A stretch of DNA of 64,000 nucleotides from a candidate division FCPU426 bacterium (GTDB taxonomy: Bacteria > Oederibacteriota > PGYV01 > Palsa-1178): the NCBI GenBank assembly GCA_963840035.1, contig CAWIXE010000002.1, forward strand, positions 128,001-192,000, in the 5' to 3' direction. The notes beneath the pieces are model-generated. The model was given only the letters and a program-made list of their open reading frames with translations, was not told the DNA's origin and searched no databases. The position numbers were made by a program, and so were the translations under genes. Of the stretch, positions 1 to 10,541 are shown piece by piece. Each line of letters opens with the position of its first letter. Positions within the stretch are counted from its first letter, which is position 1.

Positions 1-187
1 CTCCACCGGCCTTGATGACTGGGAATTAAACTTAAGGCAGTCCTACAGCCTCTCCGGTGGAACCATTGACGATTTATTAAGCAACATAAAACAGATAAAC
101 TTCACATGCTATACAAACGGAGTCCCGGGCGACGCGATAGATATTGAGTTGGTAATTGATGATGTCAGGTTCGTATACAGGCCTTAA
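1..187 (+). CDS. 3' end of a CDS truncated by the window edge; possibly a CIA30/CBM11-like carbohydrate-binding domain C-terminus
   Basis: Open frame from base 2 to TAA at 185-187, ending ...IELVIDDVRFVYRP*, which resembles the terminal strand of galactose-binding-like folds. Confidence 0.45.
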   Translation, partial: STGLDDWELNLRQSYSLSGGTIDDLLSNIKQINFTCYTNGVPGDAIDIELVIDDVRFVYRP

Positions 188-200
188 ATAAGGAGGACTG

Positions 201-708
201 ATGAAAAAAGGCATTTCAATTGTATTTACATTAATATTTGTTCTGAGTATCTTTTCCGGCTGCGCAAGTGAACGCGTTTATGTAAAATCCGGGCTTCTCA
301 GAGATTAAATGCGCTGAAAAACTCAGCCAGACAACGATGGGATTTAATGTTTACGGTAGAACATCCATGATAACTGTACCGGCGGAGCATCCGGACGTAA
401 GTAAACTGTTTCTGTTTGAAGAAAAAAGCGGCACTGCATATATGGCATTTTTAGACGCTAAAAAAGGTTATGATTTAACCATGTATATTTCACTGGCGGG
501 TTTAGCTGTAGTTACAGTGTCTTCCGGGGTGTTAATAGGAAGCATGGGAAATTACACGCCAAAAGACAGCGGCGCGTGGCTGAATGTGTTTTTATCCAGC
601 GCATGTGTCACAAGCCTGTTTGCCATAATCGGACTGGCGGACTGGATAGATGCAGGAGTAAAGCTCGACAGCGCCATATCAATTTACAACGCGTCCTGTA
701 AGTTCTAG
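201..708 (+). pseudogene. Lipoprotein/membrane protein split by a one-base frameshift (real or sequencing error)
   Basis: AGGAGG RBS, ATG at 201, MKKGISIVFTLIFVLSIFSG-C lipobox, stop at 308; the frame of ORF 337-708 is open from 286. Confidence 0.6.
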
Positions 709-742
709 ATTTCGCAGGTAGCGCAAGTTTGAGGAGGCAAAT

Positions 743-1615
743 ATGTTTTTTATAACACCTGTTATTGTTATTATAGCGGTGATTGTCATACTTGCCGCCG
801 TTCAAAAGAAAAAAACAAGCATTGCCCGCGCTCAGACGGGTGTTGCTATTGTCATAATTGGCACGGGTTGCCTGTGCGCGGTGTCCTTCTTTGGCCTGCT
901 TAAAATGATATTTATGGGCGGGTTCCTTTCAAGCAAGGGAGAAACTGTAGGCGGACAGATTGTAATCGTGACGGTTTTTACCATGTTAATGCTACTTTCC
1001 GCGGCTGTTGTGGTTTTTGGATTAAGCCTGTTTACAACAATCATGGAGCAGAAAAAAATGATTGCCGGGATAATGCTGGCCGGCCTGATATTCCCGGCCA
1101 TATTCGGGCTGACCGGGCTGCTTGACATGGGAACACAGAATGTAAACTTTAAGGGAGTAATTGATTATTTAGCCTCAAAAAAATTCAAATACGGCCGCCT
1201 CCATTGGAATATGGATAAAACAGAGGTCATGAATTTATACAGGGAAGGTTACTCAAGCCCGCCGGAGGAAACCTGCGGAATTTCCGGGAAGATACTTTTC
1301 ATAAGGTATAATTTTAAGAATAAGCTTTACCAGATAGAAGTGCTCTTCGATACCAAAACAAAAAAAGAGCAGGATTACTTTTTATCCTGTCTGACATCAA
1401 AATACGGAGCGCCAGTATCAAGGCAAAAGGGAGCCCAATGCGGCTGTTCGACGGTAAACTGGACCCTGCCTGAAACAAACATAAAAATGACCCTGTACGA
1501 CGAAGCAATAAACGGAGCCATAGAAACGCCGCCATACAGTCTTGTGAGCATAGAATACACCTTCGCACCGCAATACCTAAAACTGAAACAAGCCGCAGCC
1601 TGGGGCGGGATGTAA
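743..1615 (+). CDS. Hypothetical membrane protein (about 4 N-terminal TM helices plus a soluble C-terminal domain)
   Basis: 290-aa ORF, GAGGAGG RBS, hydrophobic segments. Confidence 0.75.
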   Translation: MFFITPVIVIIAVIVILAAVQKKKTSIARAQTGVAIVIIGTGCLCAVSFFGLLKMIFMGGFLSSKGETVGGQIVIVTVFTMLMLLSAAVVVFGLSLFTTIMEQKKMIAGIMLAGLIFPAIFGLTGLLDMGTQNVNFKGVIDYLASKKFKYGRLHWNMDKTEVMNLYREGYSSPPEETCGISGKILFIRYNFKNKLYQIEVLFDTKTKKEQDYFLSCLTSKYGAPVSRQKGAQCGCSTVNWTLPETNIKMTLYDEAINGAIETPPYSLVSIEYTFAPQYLKLKQAAAWGGM

Positions 1616-1648
1616 GAAAATAAGCAAAGTTATTAGGTTAATGTTTTT

Positions 1649-1801
1649 GTAGGGCAATTCACGAATTTTCCCTACGAATGCAATATTTACAATCCCTGTA
1701 GGGGCGGCCCCAAGGCGTCATTGCGAGTGAAGCAAGCAAAATATAATTATATGGGCAACATTTCGCCTTGTCGAAAAGGTTTACCCGACATGTGGCCGCC
1801 C
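1649..1801. repeat. Two GTAG-type REPs, the second interrupted by a 78-bp insert
   Basis: gtagggcaattcacgaattttccctac (1649-1675); gtaggggcggcccca...tgtggccgccc (1698-1801) versus the intact copy at 33314-33339. Confidence 0.75.
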
Positions 1802-1819
1802 GAATTGAATGGAGGCTAA

Positions 1820-2479
1820 ATGAAAGGAATAATTGCGTTTTTATTTGTTGTTTTAGTTCTTGCTTCCGGCTGTTCGGAAAAACCTGATAAAGTCATGAAG
1901 GATAAGGGCTATGAAGTGTTCACTGTTATGCGGAGTTTGATGTATGCTGATGACCCTCGAATTTTGGGAAAAATTGATCCTCAAAAAATAGTTGGTGATA
2001 AAAATGCGGAATCCAGGATGATTCTCGCTTCTTGGGCAAAGTTAAGGAGCCAAGGAATAAATCCTAAACCGGATACTGCGGATCAGTTATTGGGCGTTAT
2101 TGTTGAAATTGCAGAGTATCAAAAAGAAGCTGATAACACCGTATATATGGCCATAAGCGGATATAAGGATGGAGATACCAGATTTTTTACAAGCTTGGGT
2201 GGTGGAAATATAGGCGAGAAATGGTCAACAGAAATGAGGGATGCTGTAAGAGTGTTTGTGAATTCAGCTGAAAAGTTTGTTTTGAAGGCTGCAATTGAGA
2301 AAGAACATCCTTTGCCAAAATCCGGGAAGATCCGTTTTGTTTTTCTTACCCCTGCCGGGGCAAGGTCTTTGACATTTCCGCATAAGTTTATAGCTGACGG
2401 GGGAAATGATTTGTATGAGGTATATGAGGCTTGTTTTGGAAATGTATTAAGGCTGCACAATGAGATCCGCAAGAAATAG
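1820..2479 (+). CDS. Hypothetical lipoprotein
   Basis: GGAGG RBS; signal peptide with LASG-C lipobox; 219 aa. Confidence 0.8.
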   Translation: MKGIIAFLFVVLVLASGCSEKPDKVMKDKGYEVFTVMRSLMYADDPRILGKIDPQKIVGDKNAESRMILASWAKLRSQGINPKPDTADQLLGVIVEIAEYQKEADNTVYMAISGYKDGDTRFFTSLGGGNIGEKWSTEMRDAVRVFVNSAEKFVLKAAIEKEHPLPKSGKIRFVFLTPAGARSLTFPHKFIADGGNDLYEVYEACFGNVLRLHNEIRKK

Positions 2480-2508
2480 CGCCGTGGTTCTATTTAATAA
2501 ATGAACCT

Positions 2509-2571
2509 GTAGAGAGCCGGCTTGCTGGCTCTCTGCGTTGAAGGGCGAGAGGGGGCAAGCCCCCTCTCTAC
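2509..2571. repeat. REP doublet (REPIN-like, inverted GTAG REPs)
   Basis: gtagagagccggcttgctggctctc ... gagagggggcaagccccctctctac. Confidence 0.8.
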
Positions 2572-2609
2572 AAATACTCTGAAGGATGGAAATATATACA
2601 GGAGGTTTT

Positions 2610-2936
2610 ATGAAACAAAACATCATCGTAACAACAGCCTTTGAAATCCCCGACATGAAGGTCGTAGAACACAAAGGCCTCGTCCGCGGTATCATTGTCA
2701 GGACCCCAACCATTATCCAGGGCGTCCTCGGCGGCCTAAAATCCATCATAGGCGGAAACATAGGAGCCTACACGGAAATGTGCGAGCAGGCCAGGACCCA
2801 GGCATACGACGCACTGGTAGCCCACGCGCAGCAGCTGGGAGCCAACGCGGTCATAGGAGTGCGCTACGACGCATCAGAAGTGGCAGTAGGGGCGACGGAA
2901 GTGCTGTGTTATGGCACGGCGGTTGTGGTTAAGTAA
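2610..2936 (+). CDS. YbjQ/UPF0145 family protein
   Basis: GGAGG RBS before ATG 2610; motifs GLKSIIGG, GANAVIGVRYD, EVLCYGTAV. Confidence 0.92.
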   Translation: MKQNIIVTTAFEIPDMKVVEHKGLVRGIIVRTPTIIQGVLGGLKSIIGGNIGAYTEMCEQARTQAYDALVAHAQQLGANAVIGVRYDASEVAVGATEVLCYGTAVVVK

Positions 2937-2951
2937 ATATACACGTTTTTT

Positions 2952-3738
2952 GTAGAGCCACCGCTTGCTGCGGCTCAGACGTTGGATTTCGTAGTCGCAG
3001 GCCTTCGTCTCACCGGCCTGCGCCTAGATAAGGGATTGAATAACGCAAACGAAAGACGGACCAGACCACGTATGACCAGTTACTAATCTATTAAAATGAT
3101 GGTTGTCGGGAGGTGGTTGTGTTTAAAAAAATTACTAAAATTATTGGCGTTGTGATGGTGTTCGCAATATTAATTGGGATATTAGGCTGTTTCTTTGCGG
3201 AAAAAACGATACCTGGATTTGTTTCAAATATCGTGTGCGAAAAGATGTATGGCGACACTACTATCCCGCACAATTTGTTTGTTGATTACTTTGATATTTA
3301 TAATTATCAGATTATTAAGAGTGGAAAACTATCAAAGCAATCAGATTGTTATACAAAATATCTTAAAGAAACAGAAAGAATTAAATATTTTTCTGAAGAT
3401 AAAATCAAAGTAATCGACAATTATTACAAGGCTTGGAATGATTTAACCGATAACCCAAAAATAAACGGCCTTTTGAAGTGCTACAGGTTATCGATTTTAA
3501 AAAAAGAAATTGAAAGGTATTACGGCATTTAATTAAGTCGGATTAAGCGTGGTATTTATCTTGTTATAATATTCTATATGCTTTGGCCGCGAATTTTATT
3601 TCATGCAACTCCACGTTTTAATATATCAATCAATGACGCAAACGAAAGACGGACTAGACCATGCTTGCGCACCCCGATGAAGCGTAGAGGGTGCGACTAC
3701 CAATGTCAAAGGCGAGACACAGCAAGCTGTGTCTCTAC
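2952..3738. mobile_element. Nested REP-doublet element carrying a gene cassette between 26-bp direct repeats
   Basis: Left half 2952-3068 and right half 3636-3738 match the halves of the empty copies at 19124-19353 and 21170-21353; direct repeats at 3043-3068 and 3636-3661. Confidence 0.7.
3113..3532 (+). CDS. Hypothetical AT-rich protein with N-terminal membrane anchor (cassette cargo)
   Basis: 139-aa ORF, GGAGG near the start, visibly AT-rich relative to neighbours. Confidence 0.7.
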   Translation: MVVFKKITKIIGVVMVFAILIGILGCFFAEKTIPGFVSNIVCEKMYGDTTIPHNLFVDYFDIYNYQIIKSGKLSKQSDCYTKYLKETERIKYFSEDKIKVIDNYYKAWNDLTDNPKINGLLKCYRLSILKKEIERYYGI

Positions 3739-3766
3739 GAAGAACATTTAAACACATAAATATTAT

Positions 3767-3795
3767 TTGACAACCACCCGTATTTTTGTTATATT
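3767..3795 (+). promoter_or_regulatory. Sigma70 promoter of the leader peptide
   Basis: TTGACA-17 bp-TATATT with extended -10 TG. Confidence 0.8.
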
Positions 3796-3820
3796 CTAAT
3801 CACAAAGGAGGACGTGCACA

Positions 3821-3934
3821 ATGGCTAATAATTACAGCAATTCTATCGCAATCAACACAGCCATTAATACGTCTGTCCTTCTTCCGGTAGTAGTCCTTTT
3901 ACTTACCGGGCTTCTGGTAGTCGTACTCGCCTAA
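3821..3934 (+). CDS. Branched-chain amino acid attenuator-like leader peptide, 37 aa (MANNYSNSIAINTAINTSVLLPVVVLLLTGLLVVVLA)
   Basis: AAAGGAGG RBS directly behind a strong promoter; runs of Val/Leu codons; overlapping alternative hairpins at 3906-3993; adjacent to the ilv-leu cluster. Confidence 0.75.
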   Translation: MANNYSNSIAINTAINTSVLLPVVVLLLTGLLVVVLA

Positions 3935-4039
3935 GGCGAGCAACGGCGCAGAAACCCGGGAACCTCAAAAAACCCCCAAGTTTCAAGCGCCGTGATAGGT
4001 CTGTTTACAGTTGCTATATTATATAGTCCCATCCACTTT

Positions 4040-4153
4040 CCTCCCCCTTTTAGGGGGAGGATCAAGGTGGGGGTGAAGTTGTACTGCGGGAGGGTCAGCT
4101 GTGTATGTGCTGCGTTGACCCTCACCCTGGCCCTCTCCCTGGAAGGGAGAGGG
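4040..4153. repeat. Palindromic repeat doublet of the CCCTCACCC..CCCTCTCCC..GGGAGAGGG type
   Basis: Two hairpins in inverted arrangement; related copies at 16699-16784 and 36713-36801. Confidence 0.75.
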
Positions 4154-4172
4154 AAAAGGTAGGTGAAACTTT

Positions 4173-4967
4173 ATGATGGACAAGTGGAACGCGCAGGAGT
4201 ACAGGAAGAATTCTCAGAACCAGTACAGGTGGGGGATGGAGCTTGTTTCTAAGACCGGCGTAAAGAAAGGTGATAGTGTCCTTGATATTGGCTGCGGGGA
4301 CGGGAAGATTACCGCGGAGATTGCGAAGAGAGCAAGCGGCGGAAAGACCGTGGGACTGGACAGTTCCGCTAAGATGCTGAAGCTCGGGAAAAAGTTGTTC
4401 CCGGCTGATGCATACCCGAACCTGAGTTTTAAAAAGGCTGACGCGCAGAAATTTGATGTAAAAGGGCCATTTGACCTTGTTTTTTCAAATGCCTGTCTGC
4501 ACTGGATAAAGGACCAGAACAAAGTGTTGAAGAACGTAAATAAGGTTTTACGCCCGGGCGGCAGGATATTCTTCCAGATGGGCGGCAAGGGCAACGCAGG
4601 AATAATGAATGAAATAGTGGAAAATATGACAAAACAGGATGAGTGGAAAAAGTATTTTAAGAAATTCAAAGGCGCTTACTATTTCTATTCACCCGAGGAG
4701 TATATAGTGTTCCTGAAGAAAAACGGATTGCAGCCGGTGCGGGTTTTTCTTAACCCTAAGGTTGCCGTGCATGAAGGTGCGGCTGGCCTTGCCGCCTGGA
4801 TTAGGACCACATGGCTTCCTTATACCCATATGGTGCCTGCAAAACTGCGCGAATCCTTCATCGGCGAGGCTGTAGCTAAGTTTTTAACGGCAACAAAACA
4901 AATAGATAATAAGGTAGTTCAAATGCAGATGATAAGGCTCCAGGTTGAGGCTGTAAAACCCCTTTAA
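4173..4967 (+). CDS. Class I SAM-dependent methyltransferase, trans-aconitate methyltransferase (Tam)-like
   Basis: N-terminal WNAQEY, motif I VLDIGCGDG, FDLVFSNACLHW, LRPGG. Confidence 0.85.
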   Translation: MMDKWNAQEYRKNSQNQYRWGMELVSKTGVKKGDSVLDIGCGDGKITAEIAKRASGGKTVGLDSSAKMLKLGKKLFPADAYPNLSFKKADAQKFDVKGPFDLVFSNACLHWIKDQNKVLKNVNKVLRPGGRIFFQMGGKGNAGIMNEIVENMTKQDEWKKYFKKFKGAYYFYSPEEYIVFLKKNGLQPVRVFLNPKVAVHEGAAGLAAWIRTTWLPYTHMVPAKLRESFIGEAVAKFLTATKQIDNKVVQMQMIRLQVEAVKPL

Positions 4968-4981
4968 AATAAAGGGTTTTT
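4955..4981 (+). terminator. Possible intrinsic terminator overlapping the methyltransferase stop
   Basis: aaaacccctttaaaataaagggttttt hairpin with T tract. Confidence 0.5.
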
Positions 4982-5025
4982 CATGGTGAAACAGAAAAAA
5001 GCCATAGTTTTAAGGGCTTTTTCGG

Positions 5026-5054
5026 TTGAACCGAAGTTTGATTTTTGATATACT
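5026..5054 (+). promoter_or_regulatory. Putative sigma70 promoter of ilvD
   Basis: TTGAAC-17 bp-TATACT with extended TG. Confidence 0.65.
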
Positions 5055-5123
5055 CTTTACGTTTTCTGTATACACGTAAAGTTACATATATGCAACGAAA
5101 AATTTAGTAAAAGGAGATATAAA

Positions 5124-6800
5124 ATGAGATCTGACGCGATGAAGAAAGGCAATGAAAGACAGCCGCACAGGGCGCTTTTTAAAGCCATTGGTTATTCGGA
5201 TGAACAGCTGAAAAGACCTATAATCGGCGTTGTTAATTCATTTAATGAAGTTATTCCGGGGCACATACACTTAAACACCATAGCGCGCGCCGTGAAAGAC
5301 GGTATCCTTATGGCTGGCGGCACGCCCATGGAATTCCCGACAATCGGCGTTTGTGACGGCATAGCAATGGGCCACGCGGGCATGAAGTATTCGCTCGTTT
5401 CCCGCGAGTTAATAGCCGACGGCATCGAGATCATGGCAAACGCTTATCCTTTTGACGGACTGGTTTTCATACCCAACTGCGACAAGATAATCCCCGGCAT
5501 GCTCATGGCGGCTGCCAGGGTTAATGTCCCGTCCATATTCATCAGCGGCGGCGCCATGTTAAAGGGTAAATACAAAGGCAAGAATTATGACCTGATATCC
5601 GGCGGCTTTGAGGCTGTCGGCGAATTTGCAAATGGCAAGCTTTCCAAAGAGGATCTGGCAGGTATTGAAAATTCCTGCTGCCCGACCTGCGGCTCATGCT
5701 CGGGAATGTTTACCGCGAACACCATGAACTGCATGACAGAAGTGCTTGGCTTAGGCCTACCGGGGAACGGGACTATCCCCGCGGTTTATTCAGAGAGGAT
5801 AAGGCTTGCTAAGACCGCCGGCATGAGGATACTTGAACTCGTGGAAAAAAATATAAAGCCACGTGACCTTTTGACTGATAAGGCTTTTGAAAACACATTT
5901 ACAGTTGACGTGGCGCTTGGCGGCTCGACAAACACTGTGCTCCACCTGCCTGCGATCGCGCATGAAGCCGGATTAAAGTTTGACTTAAAAAAGATAAACG
6001 AAATATCGGCGAAGACCCCGAACCTGTGCAAGCTTTCGCCGGCAAGGCGTTCCGACGGCAGCCAGCACTTTATTGAGGATTTAAACGACGCGGGAGGCAT
6101 TCCGGCGGTTATGATGGAACTCGCGAAAAAGAAACTTCTTCACCTGGACGCAATGACGGTCGCGGGCAAGATCGGCGATATCATAAAGAACGCGGAAAAT
6201 ATTAATACTGACGTTATAAGGACGGCGGAGACTGCGTACTCGCAGCAGGGCGGCCTCGCGATATTATTCGGCAACATAGCCCCTGATGGGGCTGTTGTAA
6301 AACAGTCGGCAGTCGCGCCGGAGATGATGAAAAGGGAGGGCAGGGCAAGGGTTTTTGGCTCCGAAGAAGACGCTCAAAAAGCGATCCTCGGAAAAAAGAT
6401 CGTGCCCGGTGATGTAGTAGTCATCCTGTATGAAGGCCCCAAAGGCGGGCCGGGCATGAGGGAAATGCTCGCTCCCACCGCGGCGATAGCCGGCATGGGG
6501 CTTGATAAAGACGTGGCGCTTATTACGGACGGAAGGTTCTCCGGAGGCACGAGAGGCGCGGCCATCGGCCACATCTCCCCTGAAGCAATGGAAGGCGGCC
6601 CCATCGGCCTGGTGCGCGAAGGAGATATCATAGCCATAGATATTCCGGCAAGAAAAATTGACCTGAAAATATCGGACGGGGAAATGGCAAAAAGAAAGTC
6701 CGAATGGAAACAGCCGGAGCCGAAAATAAAAAGCGGCGTTCTTTACAGGTACTCGCAGATGGTGACATCGGCGTCTACAGGGGCTGTTTTTAAAGACTAA
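5124..6800 (+). CDS. ilvD: Dihydroxy-acid dehydratase
   Basis: [42 protein letters not shown] motifs. Confidence 0.98.
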   Translation: MRSDAMKKGNERQPHRALFKAIGYSDEQLKRPIIGVVNSFNEVIPGHIHLNTIARAVKDGILMAGGTPMEFPTIGVCDGIAMGHAGMKYSLVSRELIADGIEIMANAYPFDGLVFIPNCDKIIPGMLMAAARVNVPSIFISGGAMLKGKYKGKNYDLISGGFEAVGEFANGKLSKEDLAGIENSCCPTCGSCSGMFTANTMNCMTEVLGLGLPGNGTIPAVYSERIRLAKTAGMRILELVEKNIKPRDLLTDKAFENTFTVDVALGGSTNTVLHLPAIAHEAGLKFDLKKINEISAKTPNLCKLSPARRSDGSQHFIEDLNDAGGIPAVMMELAKKKLLHLDAMTVAGKIGDIIKNAENINTDVIRTAETAYSQQGGLAILFGNIAPDGAVVKQSAVAPEMMKREGRARVFGSEEDAQKAILGKKIVPGDVVVILYEGPKGGPGMREMLAPTAAIAGMGLDKDVALITDGRFSGGTRGAAIGHISPEAMEGGPIGLVREGDIIAIDIPARKIDLKISDGEMAKRKSEWKQPEPKIKSGVLYRYSQMVTSASTGAVFKD

Positions 6801-6921
6801 TACGTGGTAAGTGATACGTGGTGTGTGGTAAGTGATATGGTGGGACAAATTGTGGAAGGTGATAGTAGCAAGTGGTATGTGGGAAGTTCACGTATCACAT
6901 AGCACATATCACGCACCACTA
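6801..6921. repeat. Inverted 7-mer tandem arrays (TACGTGR / TCACRYA)
   Basis: tacgtgg-taagtga-tacgtgg-tgtgtgg-taagtga ... tcacgta-tcacata-gcacata-tcacgca. Confidence 0.8.
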
Positions 6922-6938
6922 AATAAAGGAGAAAAACT

Positions 6939-8612
6939 ATGCTGGGTTCCAAAATATTGCTTGAATGCTTGAAAAAGGAAGGCGTGGATACCATATTCGG
7001 ATATCCGGGCGGCGTGGTTCTTCCGCTCTTTGACGCTTTATATGCTGAGAAGGATATCAACCTCGTTCTCGTAAGGCACGAACAGGGCGCGGCGCACATG
7101 GCTGACGGCTACTCGCGCTCCACGGGAAAGACAGGCGTATGCCTGGCAACATCAGGCCCGGGCGCTACAAACTTAGTCACCGGCATTGCGACCGCATACA
7201 TGGATTCCATACCCATGGTCGCCCTCACAGGACAGGTTACGACAAACTTAATCGGCAACGACGCGTTTCAGGAAGTTGACATGACAGGCATCACAAGGCC
7301 TATCGTAAAGCACAACTATATTGTAAAAGACATAAAAGACCTGGCGCAGACCATAAAGAACGCGTTCTACATAGCCTCCACGGGAAAACCCGGGCCGGTT
7401 GTTGTGGACCTTCCCAAGGATATTTTCACGGGCGAAACCGAATACATTTACCCGGCGAAGCCGAACTTACGCGGCTACAAACCCGTATACGATGTCAATA
7501 AAGCGGAGATAAAAAAAGCGGTCGATATGATAGAAAAAGCAAAGAGGCCGCTTTTATACGTGGGCGGCGGAGTGGTGTTATCCGGCGCGACTGAGGAACT
7601 GGCAAAGTTCGTGGAAAAAACCGACATCCCGGTCACCACGACACTGATGGCCATGGATTCCTTTCCGTCAGCGCACCCGCTAAGCTGCGGCATGCTCGGC
7701 ATGCACGGGACAAGGGCCGCGAATTACGCGGTTCAGGAATCAGACCTTTTAATCGCCGTGGGCGCGAGGTTTGACGACAGGGTAACAGGCAAAGTATCTG
7801 AGTTCGCTCCTCACGCGAAGATACTTCACATAGACATAGACCCGGCGTCCATTTCAAAGATAGTGCGCGCGGACCTTCCGGTCGTCGGCGACGCGAAGAA
7901 TATACTGAAAGAGATGACGGTTCAGATAAAAAAGATGGACCATAAGACATGGCACGCGCAGATAGGGCAGTGGAAAAAGGAATTCCCGCTGACATATAAG
8001 GATACGGAGAAAGAGATAAAGCCACAGTACGTCGTGGAAAAGATAGCCGAGCTCACAAAGGGCGAAGCCATCATCGCAACCGAGGTTGGGCAGAACCAGA
8101 TGTGGGCAGCTCAGTTCTCAAAGTTCAAAACGCCGAGGACATTTATTACGTCCGGCGGGTTGGGTACTATGGGATTTGGGCTACCAGCGGCCATAGGAGC
8201 GCAGGCAGGCAACCCGGATAAGCTTGTTATTGACATTGCCGGAGACGGTTCCATTCAGATGAACATCCAGGAACTGGCCACGGCTGTTAAGTATAAATAT
8301 CCGGTAAAGATAGTTATTTTAAATAACGGCTGGCTCGGCATGGTAAGGCAGTGGCAGGAACTTTTCTACGGCAAGCGTTACTCCTCCACGCTTATCGAGC
8401 AGTCTGTTGATTTCGTAAAGCTTGCCGAGGCGTACGGAGCCAAGGGCATGAAGATAGACAAAAAGGGCGATGTTGAAAAAGCCCTGAAGGAAGCCTTTGC
8501 GTATAAGGGCGTGGTTGTTATGGACTTCACGGTATCCAGGGAAGAAAACGTTTTCCCGATGGTCCCGACAGGAGCCGCGCTGCATACGATGATTGACGGA
8601 GGGTTGGCGTAA
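6939..8612 (+). CDS. ilvB: Acetolactate synthase large subunit
   Basis: [23 protein letters not shown]-binding GDGS..MN..NN motif. Confidence 0.97.
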   Translation: MLGSKILLECLKKEGVDTIFGYPGGVVLPLFDALYAEKDINLVLVRHEQGAAHMADGYSRSTGKTGVCLATSGPGATNLVTGIATAYMDSIPMVALTGQVTTNLIGNDAFQEVDMTGITRPIVKHNYIVKDIKDLAQTIKNAFYIASTGKPGPVVVDLPKDIFTGETEYIYPAKPNLRGYKPVYDVNKAEIKKAVDMIEKAKRPLLYVGGGVVLSGATEELAKFVEKTDIPVTTTLMAMDSFPSAHPLSCGMLGMHGTRAANYAVQESDLLIAVGARFDDRVTGKVSEFAPHAKILHIDIDPASISKIVRADLPVVGDAKNILKEMTVQIKKMDHKTWHAQIGQWKKEFPLTYKDTEKEIKPQYVVEKIAELTKGEAIIATEVGQNQMWAAQFSKFKTPRTFITSGGLGTMGFGLPAAIGAQAGNPDKLVIDIAGDGSIQMNIQELATAVKYKYPVKIVILNNGWLGMVRQWQELFYGKRYSSTLIEQSVDFVKLAEAYGAKGMKIDKKGDVEKALKEAFAYKGVVVMDFTVSREENVFPMVPTGAALHTMIDGGLA

Positions 8613-8723
8613 TTTAAAATTTGAAATTTGAAATTTTAAATTGAAGGCGAAAGGACAGTTTAAAACGGTTTGAGTTTTGGTTTGAGATATCAATTTCAAA
8701 TTTTAAATTTCAAATCTTAAATT
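8611..8723. repeat. Inverted 7-mer tandem arrays (AATTTGA / AATTTCA)
   Basis: aatttaa-aatttga-aatttga-aatttta ... aatttca-aatttta-aatttca-aatctta. Confidence 0.8.
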
Positions 8724-8736
8724 AAAGGAGCATTTT

Positions 8737-9228
8737 ATGGAGCAAACCAAGATCATAGCGGTAACAGTGGAAAACCAGCCGGGCGTGCTTGCGCGCGCCG
8801 CGGGGCTTTTTTCGGGCAGGGGATTTAATATTTCCAGCCTGGCTGTCGGCGAGACAGAGGACCCGACTACTTCGCGCATGACCATAGTGGCCAGCGGCGA
8901 TGAGCTTGTGCTTGAGCAGATTATGAAGCAGTTAAATAAGCTTATTGATGTCATCAAAGTTGTGGATATGAGCGCCGAGACGCATGTGGAGCGCGAACTC
9001 GCGCTGGTGAAGATAGGCGTGACAAAGAAGAAAACAGAAATGCTGGCCGTGATAAAGGCGTTTAAAGCCAACGTGCTCGACGCGGCAAAAGACGCGTACT
9101 TGGTGGAAGTCACCGGCAGCGACGAGCGGATTAACTCCTTCATCGAGGCAGTAAGCGACTACGGCATTAAGGAAATGGTAAGGACGGGGACGATTGCGAT
9201 GACGCGCAGTAAAAAAGGGAAGAAATAA
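8737..9228 (+). CDS. ilvN: Acetolactate synthase regulatory subunit
   Basis: ACT domain VENQPGVLAR..LFSGRGFNISSL; QLNKLIDV. Confidence 0.96.
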   Translation: MEQTKIIAVTVENQPGVLARAAGLFSGRGFNISSLAVGETEDPTTSRMTIVASGDELVLEQIMKQLNKLIDVIKVVDMSAETHVERELALVKIGVTKKKTEMLAVIKAFKANVLDAAKDAYLVEVTGSDERINSFIEAVSDYGIKEMVRTGTIAMTRSKKGKK

Positions 9229-9321
9229 GCCCAGAGCCCAAAGCTCAAGGGGTGGAAGGGTAATAGTAAAAAAGTTTTAAAAAAATCCGGGCGATGCCCG
9301 AAAATTTGAAAGGAGAAATAA

Positions 9322-10389
<1,068 letters not shown>

Positions 10390-10397
10390 ATGATATA

Positions 10398-10522
10398 GTC
10401 CCAAGACCCAAGCCCCATGACCCAGGTAACTGGGTTATGGGCTTGAGGGCTGGGAAAGGAAGGATATGTGACAGATTCGGATCTGGTTTTGACTTGGGTC
10501 CTGAGTCCTGGGTCATGAGACT
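10398..10522. repeat. Inverted 7-mer tandem arrays (GACCCAR / CYTGGGT)
   Basis: gtcccaa-gacccaa-gccccat-gacccag ... cttgggt-cctgagt-cctgggt-catgaga; same family at 43336-43413. Confidence 0.8.
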
Positions 10523-10541
10523 AACGTAAAGGCGGTGCTTT

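Noticed and set aside
3821..3934. Leader ORF as a type I toxin
   Set aside because: Not excluded, but the Leu/Val codon runs, alternative hairpins over the stop and adjacency to ilv-leu favour an attenuator leader; it also lacks a charged C-terminus.
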